Origin: an uncultured delta proteobacterium
Lineage (GTDB): Bacteria > Myxococcota > UBA727 > VGSZ01
Direction: 5' to 3'
NCBI GenBank assembly: GCA_963775425.1
Contig: CAVZJB010000003.1
Location: 576,001 to 640,000 of the forward strand
DNA: 64,000 nucleotides
Made by a program: the position numbers and the translations under genes. Positions 53,919-64,000 of this stretch are shown here, piece after piece (position 1 is the stretch's first letter; each line of letters starts with the position of its first letter). Under the pieces are notes generated by a model that was not told the DNA's origin, made no database searches, and saw only the letters and a list, made by a program, of their open reading frames with translations.

Positions 53919-55546
53919 TTGATGCGCCTTCGGTTTTCCCTCGTGGCCGTCCTCCTCGGCGTCGCCGCGTGCGGGCCGGCGCAGGGCAGGTTCCCGTTCC
54001 CCGTGTGCGTGAAGACGGTCGCGTCGGACGTCGACGTCCCCACGCAGCAAGCCGCGGACATCCTCATCGTCGTCGACAACTCGGGGTCGATGCAGGAGGA
54101 GCAGCAGAACCTCAAGGACAACTTCCTGAACCCGAACGCGGCCGAGTGCCCGCTGCAGGACCTCAAGAACATCCCCGAGCAGTTCAAGAACCCGTCGGTC
54201 GACCTCTACACGGGCGACGGCCCGCTGGCCAAGTGCGGCTTCGTGCAGCTCGTCGCCGCGTTCGACAACGACTTCCGCATCGGCGTCATCACCACGGACG
54301 TCGCCCTGTGCGACAACGAGCTGAACATCGCCCCCGCCGGCTGGGGATTTCATCCGCAGCGCGGCTGCCTGCAGCCCGACGGCGCCCCGGGCGGCGCCTC
54401 GCTGCACAAGGTCATCGCCCGCGCCGACCTCGAGGACGACGATCCCCAAAACGACGACCTGGCGGCGCGCTTCGGCGCCACGCTCGACAACATCGGCACG
54501 TTTGGCTCGCCCTTCGAGCGCGGCCTCGACGCCATGGACCTCTTCCTCGACCCTGACGCGGACCGCGAGCCCGACTGCGCGGGCGACCTCGACCTCTTCC
54601 GGCGCCCCAACGCGTCGCTCGTCGTGATCTTCCTCTCCGACGAAGAGGACTGCAGCCACGACCTCGGTGGCGCCCTCGATAGGTTCGGCAACGAGCTCGC
54701 GGGCAACACCGTGTGCGGCGAGTTTCGCGACCTCGTCACCAACGACTTCCAACCCGACCGCTGCTACTCGGACATCGCGGAGCTCTCGCCCGTCGACCTC
54801 TACGTGGACTCGCTCCGCGCACGCGACCCCAACGCCAAGGTCGCGGTCATCGCCGGCTCCGTAGACGGGCCCGACGGCAGCAGCATCCCCGAGGGGTGCC
54901 TCGTCGACACGAACGGCCTGCCCACCGGCGGCGCCGACGTGTGCTTCTCGAGCGAGGGGCTGTCGAACTTCGACGCGCCGGGCGAGCCCTGCGGCCCCGA
55001 CACCGCGGCCGACCGGAACAACCTCCCCTGCTGCGTCGCCGACGGCGGCGGCCGCTACTACGACTTCGCCGACAAGGTCGGGCGCAAGGCCACGGACTCC
55101 ATCTGCAACAGCTCGTTCCGCGGCACCATGCTCAACATCGCCGCGTTCATCGCCGCCGTCGACGTCGTCAACCTCGCCGAGGCGCCGGACAGCCCGAACG
55201 CCATCCTCGTGGAGCTCACGCGCGCGGGCTCCGACAAAGCGGAGGTGCTGCCGCCGCTCGATGACCCGTCGCTGTGCGACACCACCACGGGCTTCCTCCT
55301 CGAGAACGACACGCAGCTCCGCCTGTGCGGCGACGCGCGCGCGGGGCCGGGTGACAAGCTCGCCGTGCGCGCCCGCGGCGCCGACATCACCGAGGCGTCC
55401 TGCGCCAAGCCGTTCTTCGAGGCCTCCGGCGGCGCCGTCAACTGCGCGTCGTCGTCGCCGTCGCCGGCGGTGGCGGCGCTCGTCGCCGCGCTCGCCGCCG
55501 CGGGTCTCGCCCGCCGCCGCTCACGAGCGCGCGCACGGGGTGCCGC

Positions 55547-55550
<4 letters not shown>
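53919..55550 (+). CDS. Cys-rich vWA (MIDAS) surface protein with lipobox and MYXO-CTERM
   Basis: LLGVAAC; DILIVVDNSGSM, IGVITTD, ERGL, LVVIFLSDEEDCS; C-terminus GGAVNCASS...ALVAALAAAGLARRRSR. Confidence 0.85.
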
Positions 55551-57373
<1,823 letters not shown>

Positions 57374-57390
57374 GGGCAAAGGAGCAGGGC

Positions 57391-57427
57391 AAAAAGAAAC
57401 GCCGGCGAGCGCCGGCGTTTCCTCTTC
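57391..57427 (-). terminator. Intrinsic terminator, probably bidirectional (tRNA and OmpA gene)
   Basis: AAACGCCGGCG-AG-CGCCGGCGTTT hairpin; U-tract on the minus strand. Confidence 0.85.
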
Positions 57428-57430
57428 GTG

Positions 57431-57506
57431 TGGTTGCGGGGGTTGGACTTGAACCAACGACCTTCGGGTTATGAGCCCGATGAGCTACCAACTGCTCCAC
57501 CCCGCG
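57431..57506 (-). tRNA. Initiator tRNA-fMet (CAT)
   Basis: CGCGGGGTGGAGCAGTTGGTAGCTCATCGGGCTCATAACCCGAAGGTCGTTGGTTCAAGTCCAACCCCCGCAACCA; C1:A72 mismatch, three G-C pairs in the anticodon stem, encoded CCA. Confidence 0.97.
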
Positions 57507-57520
57507 TCGGTGGTGGCGGA

Positions 57521-57548
57521 TACATAACAGGTTCCGGATCTTCGTCAA
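57521..57548 (-). promoter_or_regulatory. Putative sigma70 promoter of the tRNA
   Basis: TTGACG-N16-TATGTA followed by a GC-rich discriminator. Confidence 0.5.
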
Positions 57549-57623
57549 GCAATCCGATCGCGGCTTGCCATGCGTGGAACCGCTCGCGGTCCCGCCGGCA
57601 CCTGGGATGCCGGCTCGCGCGCG

Positions 57624-57692
57624 GATCAGCGCGCCCGCTCCCTCCGGTCGCTGATCAGCGCGACCGCTCCCTCCGGTCGCTGATCAGCGCGG
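57624..57692 (+). repeat. Hairpin repeat family, about 2.4 copies, 29-bp period
   Basis: CCGCTCCCTCCGGTCGCTGATCAGCGCG at 57635 and 57664; overlaps the tsaE stop. Confidence 0.9.
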
Positions 57693-58142
57693 GCCGCGCT
57701 CGGCCTCCTCGGGCAGCTCCACGAGCACGCGGCGGCCGCCGTCGTCGTCGCGCAGGAGGACCCGGCCGACGGGGCGGCCTGCCACCGTGAGGTCGCCAGG
57801 CCACTCGACGAGCGCGAACGCGTCCGCGTCACCGAGCAGCTCGAGGAGCCCGAGCTCCTCGACGGCGTGCATCACCGGTTGGCCCTCGAGCCGGTAGAGA
57901 TCGAGGTGGTGCACGGGCGGCCGCGTCGCGTAGGTGCGGGCGAGCGCGAAGGTCGGGCTCTGCACCACGACGCCGCGGCCGCCCTCGAGCGCACGCACGA
58001 AGCCGCGGACGAACGTGGTCTTGCCCGCGCCGAGCGCGCCGTCGAGGAGCAGCACCAGCGGCGGCTTCACCTGCTTGGCGATCGCGGCGGCGAAGCGCTC
58101 GGTGGCCGCCGCGGTCCTCGTCACCCGCTCGACGACCCTCAC
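57684..58142 (-). CDS. tsaE: tRNA threonylcarbamoyladenosine biosynthesis ATPase
   Basis: LDGALGAGKTTFVRG, QSPTF, HLDLYRL, LVEW; downstream of nnr. Confidence 0.95.
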   Translation of the reverse strand: MRVVERVTRTAAATERFAAAIAKQVKPPLVLLLDGALGAGKTTFVRGFVRALEGGRGVVVQSPTFALARTYATRPPVHHLDLYRLEGQPVMHAVEELGLLELLGDADAFALVEWPGDLTVAGRPVGRVLLRDDDGGRRVLVELPEEAERGPR

Positions 58143-58185
58143 CGTCCGCCCGCCGGCAGGCCGGGGCGCGCCCCTGCGGCGCGCG

Positions 58186-59754
58186 TCACCGGGAGAGCGC
58201 CGCGGGGAGGGCGTCGGCGATCTCGCCGGCGAGGTGCCCGCGGTCCTCCTGGGCGCCGAGGGCCGCGCCCGCCCTCTGGTGCGCCTGCACCGCCGCGAGC
58301 GCGGCGTGCGCCGGGGGCATCCCGCGCGCGAGCAGGCCGCCGACGGCGCCGGCGAGGACGTCGCCGCTGCCGGCCACCGAGAGGGCCGGGGCGTTCCCCT
58401 CGACGACGACGACGCGGCCGTCGTCGCCGAGCACCAGCGGGCAGCTCCCCTTGAGCACGGCCACGATGCCGGCGCCGCAGCGCTCCTTGAGCGCGCGCAG
58501 CGCGGCGACGCGATCGCGCTGGACCTCGGCGCTCGTGGAGTCGAGCACGCGCGCCGCCTCGCCCGGGTGTGGCGTCACGACGGCCCGGAGGCCGGCGAGC
58601 GCGCCGCCCGCCCGGGTGCGCACGAGGACGTCGACGGCCTCGGCGTCGACGACGCAGGGCACGCTCGCGGCCGCGGCGGCCTCGAGGAGCGCCCGCGCCT
58701 CCTCGCCGTTTTCGTGCCCGAGGCCGGGCCCGACGACGAGCGCCGCGATGCCCGACAGCGCGTCCGCCGCCCCGCTCGACGAGGGCGCGCCGAGGAGCCG
58801 CACCATGAGCTCGGCCTCCGGGAGCCCCTCCACCGCCGGGCGCGCCCCCGCCGGCGGCGGCGGCGGCACGAGCACGGACGCCAGCCCCGCGCCCGCCCGC
58901 AGCGACGCGCGCGCGGCCAGCCGCGAGGCGCCCGCGGACTTGCCCATGACGACGAGGACGTGCCCGAAGCGGCCCTTGTGCGCGTCGACGGCGGCGGCGG
59001 GCACGAGCGCGCGCGCGTCGACGAGCCGGAAGGCGGCGGGGGCGGCGTCGGCGGGCGCCAGGATGCCGATGTCGACGACGCGGACGACGCCGCAGCGGGT
59101 GACGCCGGGCTCGCTCGCGTGCGCGATCTTCTTGCCGGCGAAGGTGACGGTCTCGTCGGCGAAGATGCACGGCCCGAGCGGCGCCTCGCCGTCGGTGGGC
59201 AGGCCGCTCGGCAGGTCCACGGCGACGACGGGCACGCGGGCGCGCGACAGCCCCTCGACGACGCGGGCGCCGACGCCTTCGAGGGCGCGTGACAGCCCCG
59301 TGCCGAACAGGGCGTCGACGACGACGTCCGGCGTGGTGACGTCGAGGAGCTGTTGGACGTCGTCGGCGAGGTCCATCAGGAAGAACGGCCCGGCGAAGGG
59401 CGCGCAGCTCCACCCCCGCGCCTCGGCGGCCGCGAGGAACATCTGGGCGGCGAGGCTCGCGTCGCCGCCGAGCTCGTCGGGCGAGCGCAGGGTGACGACG
59501 GGGCAGGGGACGCCGGCGCCCCAGAGGTGCCGCGCGATCACCCAGCCGTCGCCGCCGTTGTTGCCCGGGCCGGCGAACACCACGGCGCGGGCGACGCCGC
59601 GGGCGCGCACGGCGTCGGCGACCGCCTTGCCCGCGTGCTCCATGAGCACGATGCCGGGCACGCCGAGGTCCTCGATGGTGTAGGCGTCCGCCGCCCGCGC
59701 TTGCGCCGCCGACCACAGGGGCTCGATGACGGGATCCACGGCTCGAAGGTACAC
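58186..59754 (-). CDS. nnr: Bifunctional NAD(P)H-hydrate epimerase/dehydratase
   Basis: LMEHAG, GPGNNGGDG, DALFGTG, VDLPSG, HKGRFG, GPGLG, TPHPGE, AGSGDVLAG; start may be GTG 59739. Confidence 0.95.
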   Translation of the reverse strand: MYLRAVDPVIEPLWSAAQARAADAYTIEDLGVPGIVLMEHAGKAVADAVRARGVARAVVFAGPGNNGGDGWVIARHLWGAGVPCPVVTLRSPDELGGDASLAAQMFLAAAEARGWSCAPFAGPFFLMDLADDVQQLLDVTTPDVVVDALFGTGLSRALEGVGARVVEGLSRARVPVVAVDLPSGLPTDGEAPLGPCIFADETVTFAGKKIAHASEPGVTRCGVVRVVDIGILAPADAAPAAFRLVDARALVPAAAVDAHKGRFGHVLVVMGKSAGASRLAARASLRAGAGLASVLVPPPPPAGARPAVEGLPEAELMVRLLGAPSSSGAADALSGIAALVVGPGLGHENGEEARALLEAAAAASVPCVVDAEAVDVLVRTRAGGALAGLRAVVTPHPGEAARVLDSTSAEVQRDRVAALRALKERCGAGIVAVLKGSCPLVLGDDGRVVVVEGNAPALSVAGSGDVLAGAVGGLLARGMPPAHAALAAVQAHQRAGAALGAQEDRGHLAGEIADALPAALSR

Positions 59755-59813
59755 CGAACGCCGCCGCGAGATGCGAGGGACCGCGCCCGCCGTGCCGTTC
59801 CCTGGGAGGCCCG

Positions 59814-62066
59814 TCAGCCCTCGTCGAGCATGCGCAGGAGCTCCCGCACCGTGTCGTCGTCCGGCTGCTCGGCCAGGGCCTCGCGGGCGTGGTGCATGGC
59901 GCGGCTCTTGTCGCCGGTGCGGTGGCAGAGCACCGCCATCGACGCGTGGGCCTCCGCCGACGTCGGCTCCAGGCGCAGCGCGTGCTCCAGCGCCGCCCGC
60001 GCCTCTCCGTAGAGCCGCTCGTCGCAGCAGGTGCGGCCGAGGTTGACGAGGAAGCCGACCTCGTCGGGCGCGAGCTTGACCGCGCGCTGGAACGCGTTGC
60101 GCGCGCGGGCGGGCCTCCCCGAGCGGTACAGCGCCACGCCGAGGGCGTTCACCGCCTCCGCGTGCTCGGGGAGCGCCTTCGCCGCCTTTTCGAGAAAGGC
60201 GACGGCGCGCGTGTGCTCCTCCAGCGACGACAACGTGCGCCCGAGGGCGAGGTTCATCTCGCCGTCGCTCGACGACTGCCGCACGGCGCGCTCGAAGGCG
60301 GGGACGGCGAGGTCGGGGCGGCCGAGCAGCTCGAAGCTCAGGCCGCGCAGGTAGTCGGTGTGGCCGCGGCCGAGGTCGCTGCGCGTGAGCGCCTGATCGC
60401 GGACGGCGAAGTAGGCCTCCGGCACGAGCGACAGCTCGAAGTGCCCGTGGCCGACGTCCGGCAGGCTCACGGTGCGATCGATGTGCAAGGCGTCGCTGCC
60501 GTCGTCGAAGAGGTCACCTTCGAGCTGGTGCGCGCGCTTGCGGGACTCCTCGAGGAGCTCGTCGCTCGAGTGCGCGCTCGCGAAGCACGCGGTGTTCTCC
60601 GAGAACGAGCGCACGCGCACCTCGTCCTCGTCGGGGATGAGCTGCTCGAGGACGCCCTTCACGAGGCTCGGGTGGAACGCGACGCTCGAGGCCTTGTCGC
60701 CCACGATGCACACCGCGCGGGCCACGCCCTGGCGGGTGCCCTGCTCGACGACGAAGGCGTGGCCGTCGAAGGAGAAGAACGGGAGCTGCCGCGTGGCCTC
60801 GTCGCGGTAGTGCTCGAAGCGCTCGGCGTGATCACCCGGTTGCCGCGTCACCACCGTGGCCGCGCTCTCCGACAAGCGCACCGCCACGAGGACGCTGTCG
60901 CCCTCTTCGTCGCCGGAGGGGACGGCGAGCGCCTCGGGGTACGCCTTCAGGTACTTGGGCGATCGCACGAGCACGCCGAGGTCGGCGCCGTCGAGCACCA
61001 GGTCCTCGAGGTGCGCCCGCTGCAGCCACGCATCGACGCTGAGCCCGCTCTGCCGCTGCGCCGCCGCGAGGTGGCGATAGTCGAGCGTGGCCGGTGGTGG
61101 ATCGGCGACCGGAGGGAGCGGCCGCGCACGATCGGCGACCGGAGGGAGCGGCCGCGCACGATCGGCGACCGGAGGGAGCGGCCGCGCACGATCGGCGACC
61201 GGAGGGAGCGGCCGCGCACGATCGGCGACCGGAGGGAGCGGCCGCGCACGATCGGCGACCGGAGGGAGCGGCCGCGCACGATCGGCGACCGCCGGAGAGC
61301 GCACGACGAAGCCCTCGCTGCGCACGTCGAAGCGCATCCCGACGAAGCGCCGCTCGAGGCCCTTCAACAGCGCGAAGAACGAGCGCAGCTCCGTGTAGAG
61401 CCCGCTCGCGCGCCGCGCGATGATCGAAAAGGGGCCTCGGCCCGTCCACAAGCCTTCGGCGAGGACGGCGCTCGTGCCGACGTGTGCCTCGAAGCGGCCG
61501 TCGGACACGCGCACGATCTGCGCGTCGTCGTCGACGCGGGCGGTGAGCCCCTGCGACTCCGCCGCGTGGCACATGGCGATGGCGACGGCCTCGACGTCGA
61601 CGAAGAAGATGATGCCGGCGTCGCCCTCGAAGCGGTGCGCGATGTCGCCGGCCCACTCCGACGCCGGCGGGGAAAACGGCGGTCGCGCGTCGCGCAGCGC
61701 GGACCAGGTGAGCGACGAGTAGCTGCGCCCGCCGCCCTCGATGACCCGCAGCGCCTCGTCGATCTCCGCCGACAGCTTTCGATCGCGCTCCGTGGAGAGC
61801 CCGTCGGTGCGTGGGATGACGAGGACCTCGACGGCCGGGTCGAGCGTGGCGAGCACCGCGCGCTCCGTTTCGTGCGCGGCGCCGACTGCCTCGAGGAGCC
61901 TCTTTCGGAACAGCTCGACGGGCGCCTTGGGCAAGCGCGCGAGCAGCGCGGGATCGATGCCGCGATCGAGCGCCTCCTGCGGTCGCGCTTCGAGGATGGA
62001 CCCCGAGCCCGCCGGGGCGCGCGCGCCCGCCTTGAGCCAGGAGCTGATGCGCGTGAGGAAGCGCAT
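59814..62066 (-). CDS. Protein with C-terminal TPR repeats and an internal repeat-encoded (RPLPPVADRA)6 insert
   Basis: About 5 TPR units (LGRTLS, ALGVALY, NLGRTC, SMAVLC); ATG 62066. Confidence 0.85.
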   Translation of the reverse strand: MRFLTRISSWLKAGARAPAGSGSILEARPQEALDRGIDPALLARLPKAPVELFRKRLLEAVGAAHETERAVLATLDPAVEVLVIPRTDGLSTERDRKLSAEIDEALRVIEGGGRSYSSLTWSALRDARPPFSPPASEWAGDIAHRFEGDAGIIFFVDVEAVAIAMCHAAESQGLTARVDDDAQIVRVSDGRFEAHVGTSAVLAEGLWTGRGPFSIIARRASGLYTELRSFFALLKGLERRFVGMRFDVRSEGFVVRSPAVADRARPLPPVADRARPLPPVADRARPLPPVADRARPLPPVADRARPLPPVADRARPLPPVADPPPATLDYRHLAAAQRQSGLSVDAWLQRAHLEDLVLDGADLGVLVRSPKYLKAYPEALAVPSGDEEGDSVLVAVRLSESAATVVTRQPGDHAERFEHYRDEATRQLPFFSFDGHAFVVEQGTRQGVARAVCIVGDKASSVAFHPSLVKGVLEQLIPDEDEVRVRSFSENTACFASAHSSDELLEESRKRAHQLEGDLFDDGSDALHIDRTVSLPDVGHGHFELSLVPEAYFAVRDQALTRSDLGRGHTDYLRGLSFELLGRPDLAVPAFERAVRQSSSDGEMNLALGRTLSSLEEHTRAVAFLEKAAKALPEHAEAVNALGVALYRSGRPARARNAFQRAVKLAPDEVGFLVNLGRTCCDERLYGEARAALEHALRLEPTSAEAHASMAVLCHRTGDKSRAMHHAREALAEQPDDDTVRELLRMLDEG
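61100..61291 (-). repeat. Perfect tandem array, 6.4 x 30 bp, hairpin repeat family
   Basis: Plus-strand unit ATCGGCGACCGGAGGGAGCGGCCGCGCACG at 61101, 61131, 61161, 61191, 61221 and 61251, plus a partial copy; no spacers. Confidence 0.97.
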
Positions 62067-62151
62067 GGCCGAAATGTACCAAGCACCGACGTCGACGTCG
62101 TGGTGCGCACGTTCTGACACACATCGGTGAGACGTCGAACGCCGCGGCGGT

Positions 62152-63918
<1,767 letters not shown>

Positions 63919-64000
63919 GGAGGGGAGACTGCCGCAGGTCCGGCCTCGTTGACGAGAAGGAGGCGTGCCGTCGTACTGTTTCGACCGTGAAAACCCCTTC

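Noticed and set aside
57431-57506. tRNA as an integration site for a genomic island
   Set aside because: No integrase, no duplicated tRNA 3' end seen in the window, and no obvious composition shift.
61100-61291. CRISPR array
   Set aside because: The 30-bp units are head-to-tail with no unique spacers, lie in frame inside a CDS, and there are no cas genes.
62087-62100. 14-bp perfect palindrome CGACGTCGACGTCG upstream of the TPR gene
   Set aside because: Built from GTCGAC/GACGTC words that are very frequent in this sequence; no independent support.

Overview
Very GC-rich (visually >70%) chromosomal segment, most likely from a Myxococcota bacterium: it has MYXO-CTERM proteins, three sigma54 enhancer-binding proteins (EBPs), a Ser/Thr kinase and a TraB-like OmpA protein. 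It carries about 57 densely packed CDSs and one initiator tRNA-Met. Housekeeping genes (ihfA, tmk, folP, tilS, ftsH, der, rnc, queG, mnmA, tsaE, nnr) alternate with signalling, envelope and catabolic modules. I found no integrase, transposase, phage gene, CRISPR array or recognisable defence system. Most notable observations: (1) a dispersed hairpin repeat (core CCGCTCCCTCCGGTCGC, 10 copies at 3 loci) that has expanded in frame inside a protein, forms another protein's N-terminus and supplies the tsaE stop codon; (2) a traAB-like pair in which a vWA/MIDAS MYXO-CTERM protein sits in the TraA position; (3) a lipoprotein with an apparently circularly permuted C-type lectin domain; (4) four readable sigma54 promoters, two with identical enhancer geometry; (5) a persulfide-detox operon containing a tiny Cys-rich protein; (6) two frameshifts that both fall at AGAATC. 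All calls come from reading sequence and motifs by eye; no database searches were run.
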